A stretch of 64,000 nt of DNA from an uncultured Pelagibacteraceae bacterium. GTDB lineage: Bacteria > Pseudomonadota > Alphaproteobacteria > Pelagibacterales > Pelagibacteraceae. The position numbers were made by a program, and so were the translations under genes. Positions 10,311 to 19,969 of this stretch are shown here, in pieces. Within the stretch, counting starts at the first letter, position 1; every line of letters starts with the position of its first letter. Under the pieces are notes generated by a model. It made no database searches and was not told the DNA's origin. It worked only from the letters and a program-made list of their open reading frames with translations. The stretch is taken from contig CACLAC010000004.1 of NCBI GenBank assembly GCA_902604785.1, positions 1,526-65,525 of the forward strand, written 5' to 3'.

Positions 10311-11491
10311 TGAGTGATTACAAAATATCAAAAATAAAAGTATCTGTTGTTAAAACTCAAAGTGCTGGAGCTGATTATACAGATCATGCTGAAGGTCACT
10401 GGATTAATGATAGAATTATAGCTAACCCAATGTCAGTATATAAAGAATATCAACACTCGAGATCCTCTTGGGGCATGGATGTTCTTAAAGGAATATTTAT
10501 ACAAATTTATACTGAAGGAGGACATGAAGGTTTTGCTACAGCTTATGGAGGATATTTATCCACTTGGGTTATTAAAAAACATTTAGAAAGATTTTTAATT
10601 GGTGCTGACGCAAGAAATTTTAATAAACTCTACGATCAAATGTACCGTTCAGCAATACCTTATTCTGGGCAAAATGGAGTTGTTATTAATGCTATTGCAG
10701 GAATAAACTTAGCAATGTGGGACCTTGTAGGAAAAATTAAAAATGAACCAGTTTATAATTTAATAGGTGGAAAAGTCAGAGATAAGCTTCATACTTATGT
10801 AACAGGTGTTCAGCCTAAAATGTACAAAGAATGGGGACATTTTGGAGCAAAATATCCTCTACCCTATGGTCCAGGAGATGGTCCAAGTGGTTTAAAAAAA
10901 AATCAAGAAATATTTATGGAATTGAGAAAAGAGGTTGGTAAAGACTATCCTTTAATGATTGACTGCTATATGGCTTTGAGCGTTCCATATGCAATAGATC
11001 TAGCAAATGCTCTAAGGGAATCAAATATCTACTGGATTGAAGAAGTTTTGCCTCCTCATGATTTAGAAAGTCATAAATATATAAAGAGAGCTTGTCCTTG
11101 GCAAAGATGGACAACGGGGGAACACACTAATACTAGATATGGTTTTAAAAAACTTTTAGAAGATAAATCAGTAGATATTATTCAACCTGATGTAACTCTT
11201 TGTGGTTTGTCTGAAGTAATAAGAATTATGAATATGGCTTCGGCTTACGATGTCACTGTAATACCACATTGCAGTGGAGTATATGCATATAATTTTGGAA
11301 TAGCTTCTGAAATGACTCCTATAAACGAATTTATAAATCTAAGTCCTAATGGTGATAAAATTGTACCAGTCTTTGGAAAAATTTTTACAGATGAACCTGT
11401 TCCCAAAGATGGATATATAAGTTTAAGTGATAAACCTGGATTTGGAGTAACTTTAAATAAGGAAGTTGAGTTAGAAGAGGTTAAATTTTAG
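10310..11491 (+). CDS. rhmD: L-rhamnonate dehydratase (enolase superfamily)
   Basis: GADY..HWI...ANPMS.Y.EY..SRSSWG N-terminus; K.PLPYGP, MIDCYM, WIEE, GEH, IIQPD and VIPH motifs characteristic of RhmD/LRA3. Confidence 0.85.
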   Translation: MSDYKISKIKVSVVKTQSAGADYTDHAEGHWINDRIIANPMSVYKEYQHSRSSWGMDVLKGIFIQIYTEGGHEGFATAYGGYLSTWVIKKHLERFLIGADARNFNKLYDQMYRSAIPYSGQNGVVINAIAGINLAMWDLVGKIKNEPVYNLIGGKVRDKLHTYVTGVQPKMYKEWGHFGAKYPLPYGPGDGPSGLKKNQEIFMELRKEVGKDYPLMIDCYMALSVPYAIDLANALRESNIYWIEEVLPPHDLESHKYIKRACPWQRWTTGEHTNTRYGFKKLLEDKSVDIIQPDVTLCGLSEVIRIMNMASAYDVTVIPHCSGVYAYNFGIASEMTPINEFINLSPNGDKIVPVFGKIFTDEPVPKDGYISLSDKPGFGVTLNKEVELEEVKF

Positions 11492-11502
11492 AAATAAAAC
11501 AA

Positions 11503-12981
11503 GTGTCTAAAGAATTACTTTTTAAATCAGGAATAGAATTAAAAAAGTTAATTAAAAATAAAGAAATTTCCCCAGTAGAATTAACGAAATTATCTTTGGA
11601 AAGAATTGAAGAAACAGAACCAAAAGTTAATGCTTTTTTTAGCGTTATTCATGATCAGGCAATTTTAAAAGCTAAAGAAATAGAGACTAAAATATCTAAA
11701 GGTGAAGAATTGGGTTTGCTTGGTGGACTGCCGACTTCTATAAAAGATTTAGAACCTGTAAAAGATGTTCAGGTAACTAAAGGATCTTTGACTACTGGTA
11801 AAACAATTGCTGATCATGATCAAATAATTGTTGAAAGAATTAAAAAAGAAGATGGAATCATTCTTGGCAAAACTAGCTGCCCAGAATTTGGACATAGCGG
11901 ATCAAATGAAAGTAAAATAAAAGACCATTGCCGAAACCCATGGAATTTAGAATTCACATCAGGTGGATCAAGTGGGGGAGCAGCGGCATCAGTTGCTGCC
12001 GGTGTTAACACTGTTGCACAAGGATCTGATGGAGGCGGTTCTGTTAGAATACCAGCTTCATTCTGTGGTTTATTTGGAATGATTGGTACACAAGGAAGAA
12101 TTCCAAGACGACATGCAGGACCAATGAGTTGGCTCCCAGTAAATTATTCTAGAATAGGACCGATCAGTTGGTATGTGGAAGATAGCGCACTCCTATTTGA
12201 AGTAATGGCCGGTCCTCACCCAGAAAATGAATCAATGACAATTCAAGATAGGGAAGATTTTTTAATAGACTTAAATAAAGGAATTAAAGGAAAAAAAATT
12301 GCAATACCACATAATTTTGGGTCTCGTGTAGTAGATAAAGAAGTTTTCGAGATATTTAATAGTAATATAAAATTATTTGAAAAATTAGGTGCAAATTTAG
12401 AAGAAATTAAATTTGATTTTGATTTAAATGATTTAGAGCAACCTTTTCATAAACATTTAATGCATACATTTTCATTTTGTGTAAATGAACAATTCTATAA
12501 TGTTGATCCAAAAAAATTGATGCCACACGTAAAAAATACGATCGAAAGAGGTAAAAAAGTAATGGCTAGTGATTATGCTAAAGCATTAGCTCAGTTATCA
12601 GAATATAGATTTAAAATGGATAATATTTTTTCTAAATTTGATTATATAGTAAGTCCTACGGTGGCTATACCTCCTCATAAATGTAACGAAAGACCAAATA
12701 TTATTAATGGAAAAATTGATATATCAACTATTGACGACAAGGAAATGTTTGAAGAAAATGATTATGACTATTCATCATGGATTTTTGTTCTTGCCCAGTT
12801 TACTGCTCCTTTTAATTGGAGTGGCAATCCTGCTGTATCATTGCCTTGTGGATTTACAAAAAGCGGTCTACCAATTGGACTGCAGTTAGCTGGTAAAAAA
12901 AGAGGCGAATTAAGTTTAATTCAAGCATCGAAAGCTTTTGAGGAAATTAAACCTTGGCAACAAAACAGACCAAGTATATGA
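11503..12981 (+). CDS. Amidase signature family enzyme (GTG start)
   Basis: SIKDL, GGSSGG and GSDGGGSVRIPA (Ser-cisSer-Lys triad); no gatC/gatB neighbours. Confidence 0.92.
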   Translation: MSKELLFKSGIELKKLIKNKEISPVELTKLSLERIEETEPKVNAFFSVIHDQAILKAKEIETKISKGEELGLLGGLPTSIKDLEPVKDVQVTKGSLTTGKTIADHDQIIVERIKKEDGIILGKTSCPEFGHSGSNESKIKDHCRNPWNLEFTSGGSSGGAAASVAAGVNTVAQGSDGGGSVRIPASFCGLFGMIGTQGRIPRRHAGPMSWLPVNYSRIGPISWYVEDSALLFEVMAGPHPENESMTIQDREDFLIDLNKGIKGKKIAIPHNFGSRVVDKEVFEIFNSNIKLFEKLGANLEEIKFDFDLNDLEQPFHKHLMHTFSFCVNEQFYNVDPKKLMPHVKNTIERGKKVMASDYAKALAQLSEYRFKMDNIFSKFDYIVSPTVAIPPHKCNERPNIINGKIDISTIDDKEMFEENDYDYSSWIFVLAQFTAPFNWSGNPAVSLPCGFTKSGLPIGLQLAGKKRGELSLIQASKAFEEIKPWQQNRPSI

Positions 12982-13850
12982 GTTTAAATAAAAAAGAATT
13001 AAATTTTTACAAAAAAAATGGTTATCTAGTTAAAGAAAAACTAATATCAAATAAAGAGATTAACAAAATAAATAGCCTTATAGATAAAATAATAAATAAA
13101 GAAGAAAAAAAAAAAACTAAAATTAAAAATTTAGGTGGGTCTTATAATAATAACTTCGTTTATAACTCAAATTCATCAAATAAAAGGGAAATTTTAAGAT
13201 TAAATAATCCAACTTATTATAACAAATTATTCTTTAATCTATCTAGAAATAAGAAAATAATTAATATAGCAAAAAAATTACTTGGTGGATCAGTTAGGTT
13301 TCACCATTGCAAATTAAATTTTAAATTACCATCAAAAAAGGGTGGTGAAGTAAGTTGGCATCAAGATTGGGCTTTTTATCCTCATACAAATGATGACTTA
13401 ATTACTGTGGGAGTTTATTTAGAAGATTGTTATGAAGAAAATGGACCTCTTCAGGTTATTCCAAAATCACATAAACAAAAAATATTTAGTCATCACAACA
13501 AGAGTAAGGAATTTGTAGGGAAAATATGTGAAAAGATTAATTCCAAAAATAAAAAATCATTAACTGGAAAAGCAGGAACAGTTACATTTCATCATGTAAG
13601 AACTGTTCATGGCTCTGGACTAAATTTGAAAAATTCTAAGAGACCTTTGATGCTTTTTGGATATACTAATACCGATGCATGGCCATTAACAGTAGATGCG
13701 TCTATTAATCCAAATGATAATTTTAAAAAATATAATCAATGTATAATTGTTGGAAAAAAAACATTAGTGCCTAGATTCGAAAAGGTTCCTCTAATAATCC
13801 CTTTGCCCAAAAAAAATGTTTCGATTTATCAGTTACAAAAAAAAAATTAG
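12978..13850 (+). CDS. PhyH-family Fe(II)/2OG dioxygenase
   Basis: WHQDW (HxD), HHVRTVHGS and downstream Arg; ATG at 12978 overlaps the amidase stop (ATGA), so preferred over 12954. Confidence 0.88.
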   Translation: MSLNKKELNFYKKNGYLVKEKLISNKEINKINSLIDKIINKEEKKKTKIKNLGGSYNNNFVYNSNSSNKREILRLNNPTYYNKLFFNLSRNKKIINIAKKLLGGSVRFHHCKLNFKLPSKKGGEVSWHQDWAFYPHTNDDLITVGVYLEDCYEENGPLQVIPKSHKQKIFSHHNKSKEFVGKICEKINSKNKKSLTGKAGTVTFHHVRTVHGSGLNLKNSKRPLMLFGYTNTDAWPLTVDASINPNDNFKKYNQCIIVGKKTLVPRFEKVPLIIPLPKKNVSIYQLQKKN

Positions 13851-13856
13851 TAAAAT

Positions 13857-14756
13857 ATGATAAAAAGAAAACTTACCGGTATAGTTCCAATGATTTATTG
13901 TTTTTTTAATAAAAAAAATCAAATTGATACGAAATTCATAGAAGACGAAATTAAATTAATTAATTCTTTAAATGTCAAAGGCATTGCTTGTTTAGGTTTG
14001 GGCACTGAAGTTAACAAACTTAGTTTTAAAGAAAAAGTTCAAATTATTGAATTGATATCAAAGTATAAAAGTAAAAATACATATTTAACAATAACAATAA
14101 GTGGTGAAAAATATACTGATCAATTAAAATTAATTAAAGTTGCAAACGCTAATAGAGCTGATTGGTTGGTTTTACAACCTCCAGCTAAAAAAAAACTAAA
14201 TGATAGTGAATGTTTAGATTTTTTTAGCAATATTATTAAAAATGTAAGTAATAATACCTTTGTAGGTGTTCAAAATGCTCCTGAATATCTCAAATCATCT
14301 TTATCTCCAAATAGCATACTAAAACTATATAAAAATTATAAAACTTTTAGATATATAAAGGGCGAAGGAACCGCGAAGATACTTGCACCAATAATTAAAT
14401 CTTATCCAAAAGATTTAAAGGTTTTTAATGGAAGGGCTGGATTAGAAATAATTGAAAGTCTTAAAATTGGATGCGAGGGAATAATGCCATCCGTTGAATT
14501 TTCAGATAAATTGAATGAAATATATTTATTAGTTAAGAAAAAAAAATATGTATCTGCGCAAAAGAAATATAGTTTCATCAATCCATATATTAAATTCGTT
14601 ATGAAAGATATTCCAACATTTATTTGTTATGGTAAAAAAATTTTTGCTTATAGAATGGGTGTGAATAAAATTTATGATAGAAAACCTTGTCTTTCACCTA
14701 GTGATTATGGTTTGAACAAATCAAAATTTATTGCTAAAAAATTAGGTTATTATTAA
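13857..14756 (+). CDS. DHDPS/NAL-fold enzyme; candidate 2-keto-3-deoxy-pentonate dehydratase or aldolase
   Basis: LGLGTEVNKLS; Schiff-base Lys in YIKGE; Gln (VQNAP) in place of the DapA catalytic Tyr. Confidence 0.75.
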   Translation: MIKRKLTGIVPMIYCFFNKKNQIDTKFIEDEIKLINSLNVKGIACLGLGTEVNKLSFKEKVQIIELISKYKSKNTYLTITISGEKYTDQLKLIKVANANRADWLVLQPPAKKKLNDSECLDFFSNIIKNVSNNTFVGVQNAPEYLKSSLSPNSILKLYKNYKTFRYIKGEGTAKILAPIIKSYPKDLKVFNGRAGLEIIESLKIGCEGIMPSVEFSDKLNEIYLLVKKKKYVSAQKKYSFINPYIKFVMKDIPTFICYGKKIFAYRMGVNKIYDRKPCLSPSDYGLNKSKFIAKKLGYY

Positions 14757-14757
14757 T

Positions 14758-16224
14758 TTATTTTTTTTTCTTTTTTATTAATGGAAAAATCAATGCGATA
14801 AAAGATAAAACAAAAAAAGTTAAAGCTATAGGCCTTGTAAAAAACATTAACCAATTTCCATCAAATATAACTAATGATTGTCTTAAAGTACCTTCAACAA
14901 GTTCTCCTAAAATTAAACCAATTATTACAGGTACTACTGAAAAACCATATCTTCTCATAAAAAAACCTATCACTCCAAATAAAAGCATTATCCAAACATC
15001 TAATATCGATTGACTTAAAGAATAAGTTCCACAAACTGAAACCGCAAAAATCATTGGCCAAAGTAATTTGTTTGGAACTAAAGTTATTCGTGCAAAAATT
15101 TTTGCGCCAAAAAATCCAAGAATAAAAAACATTACATTGGCTATTAACATTGATCCGAAGATTCCATAAAGAAATTCTGGCTGTTCTCTAAACAAATCTG
15201 GACCAGGTCTTACTCCGTGAATAATTAATCCTGTTAAAATTACAGCAGTTGTTGCGCTTCCTGGAATTCCTAACGCCAGCGTTGGCACCATTGCACCTCC
15301 AGTGGCAGCATTGTTTGCTGCTTCTGCGCCAGCAATTCCTTCTATTGAACCTTTACCAAATTCTTGAGGTTTTTTTGACCATCTTTTTGCTTCTGCATAA
15401 CCTATGAGTGACGCAACAGTTCCTCCTTCTGCAGGAAGAACTCCGATAAAGGAACCGATACCGGTAGATCTTAAAATTGTTTTCCAAGTTTTTTTATAAT
15501 CTTCTAAAGATGGAAGTTTTACTGCCTTTAGTGCAACTCTTTTAAATACTTGATTTAATAATGTTGACTGAGTCAACATTTCACTAATCGCAAACAAACC
15601 TACAACAACTGGTATAAAACCAATGCCTACAGTAAGTTCATTTACTCCAAAGGTAAATCTATCAATTGATGTCATGAAATCTTTTCCAACTGTTGAGATT
15701 AAAATTCCAAATGCTCCTGCAATTAAATTCTTTATAGGACTTCCTTCACCTATTGAAGCTAGCATTGTTAAACCAAATATAGCTAGCGCAAAATATTCAG
15801 GTTGACCAAATTCATAAGCAAGTTGAGCTAACAATGGTGCAAAAAAAATGAGAACAATAACGCTAAATATACCACCAATTACGCTTGAAACTGTTGCCAT
15901 TCCTAATGCTCTTCCTGCTTCTCCTTTCTGAGCTAAAGGATATCCATCTAAACAAGTGGCAGCGGCAGCAGGCGTTCCTGGAGTATTAATAAGTACAGCT
16001 GTAATTGCTCCTCCGTATGTTCCGGCGCAATAAATTGCTGTTAATAGAACAATCGCTGACAAAGGATCTAAAGTCATTGTAAATGGTAAAATTAGTGCAC
16101 CTCCTGTAGTGGGTCCCAATCCTGGCAGAACTCCTAAGATTAATCCAAATAAAGTTCCTAAAAACAATACCATTAAAAGTTTTGAACTAAACAATGGTGC
16201 CATTATTAATGAAAGATTTTCCAT
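14758..16224 (-). CDS. tctA: Tripartite tricarboxylate transporter TctA
   Basis: GVLPGLG, NTPGTPAAAAT.LDGYP, EAANNA and PTLALGIPGS motifs. Confidence 0.95.
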   Translation of the reverse strand: MENLSLIMAPLFSSKLLMVLFLGTLFGLILGVLPGLGPTTGGALILPFTMTLDPLSAIVLLTAIYCAGTYGGAITAVLINTPGTPAAAATCLDGYPLAQKGEAGRALGMATVSSVIGGIFSVIVLIFFAPLLAQLAYEFGQPEYFALAIFGLTMLASIGEGSPIKNLIAGAFGILISTVGKDFMTSIDRFTFGVNELTVGIGFIPVVVGLFAISEMLTQSTLLNQVFKRVALKAVKLPSLEDYKKTWKTILRSTGIGSFIGVLPAEGGTVASLIGYAEAKRWSKKPQEFGKGSIEGIAGAEAANNAATGGAMVPTLALGIPGSATTAVILTGLIIHGVRPGPDLFREQPEFLYGIFGSMLIANVMFFILGFFGAKIFARITLVPNKLLWPMIFAVSVCGTYSLSQSILDVWIMLLFGVIGFFMRRYGFSVVPVIIGLILGELVEGTLRQSLVIFDGNWLMFFTRPIALTFFVLSFIALIFPLIKKKKK

Positions 16225-16225
16225 T

Positions 16226-16732
16226 TCAACCGTAATATAAATTAGTAATAATTCCTGGAGGAAAGCGTAAACCTAAAATAGTTTCAAAAAATATGAAAAC
16301 TATAATAGGAAATATCATTCCCACAATAATTAAATAAATTAATCTTTTTTCTCCCCAAAAATAAGAAACTAAAATTGAAAGTACAGAAATTCCTAAAAAA
16401 AAATCTAAAAATTTAGAAATAAAAATAAACAAAATAAATGAAAATAAAGTGATGTAAAAAGAATTAGGTAATTTTTTTTCTTTTTTCCATGGATTATTGA
16501 TAGATAAATAATAAATAAAAAAAGTTAAAAGAATTATCAGAACCAGTAATGCTTTTGGAAAAGTTGCTGGCTGTATACCTCTATTTAATATTGGAGGAAC
16601 TATATCGAAAGTAAAAGTTATAAATAGTAAAATAGAAGAAATAAAAATAATTATAAAAGAAACTATAAAAGAGTCTTTAAAAAAAAAGGGCAAACTTTTG
16701 TTTGCCCTTTTTTTATTTTGTACATTATTCAT
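16226..16732 (-). CDS. tctB: Tripartite tricarboxylate transporter TctB
   Basis: 4 TM; PATFP and C-terminal LGLRFPPG; position between tctC and tctA. Confidence 0.88.
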   Translation of the reverse strand: MNNVQNKKRANKSLPFFFKDSFIVSFIIIFISSILLFITFTFDIVPPILNRGIQPATFPKALLVLIILLTFFIYYLSINNPWKKEKKLPNSFYITLFSFILFIFISKFLDFFLGISVLSILVSYFWGEKRLIYLIIVGMIFPIIVFIFFETILGLRFPPGIITNLYYG

Positions 16733-16751
16733 TTAAATGTACAGAAATATA

Positions 16752-17726
16752 TTAGTTTAAATAACCTAAAGCTTTAAGTTGTGCAGTCATTTCAGCAAGC
16801 ATTTCTTCCATTTGCTTACCCCATTCATCAGCACCAACTACACTTGATTGATCAAGACCAATTTCAGTTAAGAAATTTTTATAATAGTTGTGACTCATTG
16901 CTTTTAGCATTCCAGCTTCTAATTGTTTTACTCTATCTGCTGGAGCGCCTTTTTTAGTAACAAATCCTCTAACAGTAGATAATGAAACAGGTATCCCTAA
17001 TTCTTTTGCTGTTGGAGAATCTCCAATTTTAGCCATTCTATTGTTAGCAAGTACAACTGATACACAAAGTTTACCTTCATTAATTTCAGTTAATGCTTCA
17101 CCTAAATTTAAAACACCTACATCGATATCTCCTTTGATTAAGTTTGTTTTAATTGGTGCTACACCTTTGTACGCAACAATAGTTGGATCTTTTAAACCAC
17201 CTTTTTTTGTAAATGCAATTGCACTAACATCATCAATTCCACCAGTATGAGTAGTTCCATATTTTAGTGATTTTGATTTTTGAGCGCTAATAAATTTTTT
17301 AGCATCTTTGATGTCATTTTTACAATTAACAACAAATAATTGAGGATCATCTGTACCTCTTGCTAAAGGCTGCATATCACTTAACTTAACTTTAGTTTTA
17401 CCTAAAGCCATTGATACCGCATGCCCAGTAGTCCAAGTTAAGGTATGATTTCCATCTGCTGGGAGTGACATCATATAATCCATTGATGCGGCACCACCAC
17501 CACCTTTTTTGTTTACTAATTGCATGTCTTGTTTAAGAACTCTTCTAGCTCTTAGCAACATCATTCTAGTAGTAACGTCAGTTCCACCACCAAAACCAGC
17601 ATGCGTAATTGCTTGTATTGGATGCCCATCAGCTTTAGCTGAAGTAATCATTAATGGAAGAGCTACGACAAAAAATTCAGTCACTAAAAAAGCTGCTGCT
17701 AAAAATAGTTTAAAGCTTTTTTTCAT
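16752..17726 (-). CDS. tctC: TTT substrate-binding protein TctC/Bug
   Basis: Signal peptide; GGGTD..R, NKKGGGG, YKG and RGF..KKGAP motifs. Confidence 0.92.
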   Translation of the reverse strand: MKKSFKLFLAAAFLVTEFFVVALPLMITSAKADGHPIQAITHAGFGGGTDVTTRMMLLRARRVLKQDMQLVNKKGGGGAASMDYMMSLPADGNHTLTWTTGHAVSMALGKTKVKLSDMQPLARGTDDPQLFVVNCKNDIKDAKKFISAQKSKSLKYGTTHTGGIDDVSAIAFTKKGGLKDPTIVAYKGVAPIKTNLIKGDIDVGVLNLGEALTEINEGKLCVSVVLANNRMAKIGDSPTAKELGIPVSLSTVRGFVTKKGAPADRVKQLEAGMLKAMSHNYYKNFLTEIGLDQSSVVGADEWGKQMEEMLAEMTAQLKALGYLN

Positions 17727-17795
17727 TATTTCCCTCTTTTGTTAATTTATATTTAATTATTTAAACATAATCTGTTAGAAACCTTAAGAAAAAAA

Positions 17796-18788
17796 ATGTC
17801 ACTAGAAAAAAAAAATATTGCAATATTATTGGGAGATCCCTCTGGAATTGGACCAGAATTGATATCAAAACTTTTATCCCAAAATGAACTTAATGAATCA
17901 AATATAGTTATAATTGGTGAAAAAAATATACTAGAAAATGGACATAAAATTTCTGGAAATTCTGTTAAACTAAAGTATGTAGAAAAATTTGAAGATATAA
18001 ATTTTAAAATAGGAAATAAGTTTTTTTTAGATATTACTAAAGGAAATAATAAAGATTATAATTTATCAGAATGTTCAGCTGAATCTGGTAAAACAGTTCT
18101 TGATGCTCTAGATTTGGCTTTAGATTTATCTAAAGAAAAAAAAATTCATGCAATAAATTTTGCTCCTTTTAATAAAACCAGTTTAAAACTTGGTGGTTGT
18201 AAGTTTGAAGATGAACTTCATCATATGGCTAATAGACTTGAAGTTAAAAATTTTTTTTGCGAATTTAATGTTGTTGATAACTTTTGGACAGCCAGAGTTA
18301 CATCGCATATTCCTTTAAAAGATGTGCCTGGTAAAATAAAAAAAGATAAAATTATTGAACCAATAATTTTAATTAATGATGCAATGAAATTAAATGGTAT
18401 TAAAAAACCTAGAGTAGCTGTTCAAGCTTTGAATCCACATGCTGAATTTGGTACTGAAGAAAAAGAAGAAATTATACCTGCGATTGAAGAAGTAAAAAAA
18501 TTAGGAATTAATGCTGAGGGACCTTTGCCTTGTGATACTTCTTTTATTACTGCTTTTAAAAACAAAAACCACGATTGTATTGTCGGAATGTATCATGATG
18601 CTCTTCAATCAGGATTAAAATCATTTGGGTTTGATAGAGGTGTAACAGTACAAGGTGGTTTACCCGTCCCCATTACAACACCTGCTCATGGAACAGCATT
18701 TGATATTGCTGGTAAAAACAAAGCAAATTTAGAACCTACTTTGCAATCTTTCAAAATTGCTTTAAGAATGGCTCAAAGTAAAAATTAA
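17796..18788 (+). CDS. Atypical PdxA-family NAD-dependent decarboxylase; 2-carboxy-L-lyxonate decarboxylase (ClxD) candidate
   Basis: [17 protein letters not shown] and [12 protein letters not shown] motifs; FEDELHH replaces GHTE; 1 nt upstream of the LyxD-like gene; a second pdxA sits in the core position at 59956. Confidence 0.65.
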   Translation: MSLEKKNIAILLGDPSGIGPELISKLLSQNELNESNIVIIGEKNILENGHKISGNSVKLKYVEKFEDINFKIGNKFFLDITKGNNKDYNLSECSAESGKTVLDALDLALDLSKEKKIHAINFAPFNKTSLKLGGCKFEDELHHMANRLEVKNFFCEFNVVDNFWTARVTSHIPLKDVPGKIKKDKIIEPIILINDAMKLNGIKKPRVAVQALNPHAEFGTEEKEEIIPAIEEVKKLGINAEGPLPCDTSFITAFKNKNHDCIVGMYHDALQSGLKSFGFDRGVTVQGGLPVPITTPAHGTAFDIAGKNKANLEPTLQSFKIALRMAQSKN

Positions 18789-18789
18789 T

Positions 18790-19965
18790 ATGACAAAAAT
18801 AAAAGAAATTAGAACTAAAGTTTATCAATGGAATGGTAAAACTGTTCCACCTCAAAATAATTTTTGTACTAATGCTTCTGACTTGCTGTATGAAAAATCT
18901 GATGCTATGAGTTCATTTAGATTTCATGAATGGTTAATTTGCGAAGTAGAAACAAATGATGGTCACGTTGGTATTGGAAATGCAGCTCTTGCACCTCAAT
19001 TAGTAAAAAATACAATTGATACTTATTTAAAGCCACTAGTGATCGGAGAAGATCCATTTGATTACTCATATATTTGGGAAAAGATGTACAGAAAAACTCT
19101 TAACTGGGGAAGAAGAGGACTTGGGATGGTTGCGATTTCAGCAATAGATATTGCTATTTGGGATGTTCTTGGAAAAATTACAAATAAACCAGTCTTCAAA
19201 TTATTAGGAGGAAGAACAAAAGAAAAAATTCCCGTTTACGCATCAAAACTTTATGCACAACCATTAAAGCAACTACAAGAGGAAGCGGAAAAATATAAGA
19301 ATGAAGGATTTAAAATGTTTAAATCAAGAATGGGATGGGGTCCTAAAGATGGTTCTGAAGGAATGAAAAAAAATCTTCAATTGCTTGAAGCTGTAAGAGA
19401 AGTAATTGGAGAAGATACAGACCTAATGGTAGATTGTTATATGGGGTGGAATTTAGACTATACAAAAAGAATGCTACCTAAAATGGCAAAATATAATTTA
19501 AGATGGTTAGAAGAGCCAGTCCATGCAGACGATATTCATGGATATGCAGAATTGAATAATATGAATATTATTCCAATATCCGGTGGAGAACATGAATTTA
19601 ATCTTTTTGGATTTAAACAACTTTTAGAATTAAATGCAGTAAGCTATATTCAATATGACAATAATAGAGTTGGCGGTTTTACTGTTGCTCAGAAAATAAA
19701 TGCATTGGCTGAAGCTTACCAAATACCTGTAGTACCTCACGCAGGTCAAATGCACAACTATCATCTAACAATGTCTAATTTTAATTGCCCTATCTCGGAA
19801 TTCTTTCCTGTGCACGAAGTAGAGGTGGGCAATGAATTATTTTATTATATTTTCGAAGGAGATCCAGCGCCAGTTAATGGTATGATTGATCTTGATGATA
19901 ATGCTCCTGGACTTGGTTTGAAAGTTACAGATAAATATAAATCAGATTTTAAAATTTTAGAATAA
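18790..19965 (+). CDS. Enolase-superfamily acid-sugar dehydratase, L-lyxonate dehydratase (LyxD)-like
   Basis: W.GKTVPPQ..FCTNA.D.L....[38 protein letters not shown] and EVGNELFYY match my recollection of LyxD proteins. Confidence 0.75.
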   Translation: MTKIKEIRTKVYQWNGKTVPPQNNFCTNASDLLYEKSDAMSSFRFHEWLICEVETNDGHVGIGNAALAPQLVKNTIDTYLKPLVIGEDPFDYSYIWEKMYRKTLNWGRRGLGMVAISAIDIAIWDVLGKITNKPVFKLLGGRTKEKIPVYASKLYAQPLKQLQEEAEKYKNEGFKMFKSRMGWGPKDGSEGMKKNLQLLEAVREVIGEDTDLMVDCYMGWNLDYTKRMLPKMAKYNLRWLEEPVHADDIHGYAELNNMNIIPISGGEHEFNLFGFKQLLELNAVSYIQYDNNRVGGFTVAQKINALAEAYQIPVVPHAGQMHNYHLTMSNFNCPISEFFPVHEVEVGNELFYYIFEGDPAPVNGMIDLDDNAPGLGLKVTDKYKSDFKILE

Positions 19966-19969
19966 TTAA

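Noticed and set aside
11503-12981. Amidase as GatA
   Set aside because: No gatC/gatB neighbours and it is embedded in a catabolic operon
13105-13116. A12 homopolymer in the PhyH gene as a phase-variation tract
   Set aside because: In frame, and long A/T runs are common throughout this AT-rich window; no evidence of length variation
13857-14756. dapA
   Set aside because: Lacks the GTTGE motif and the catalytic Tyr
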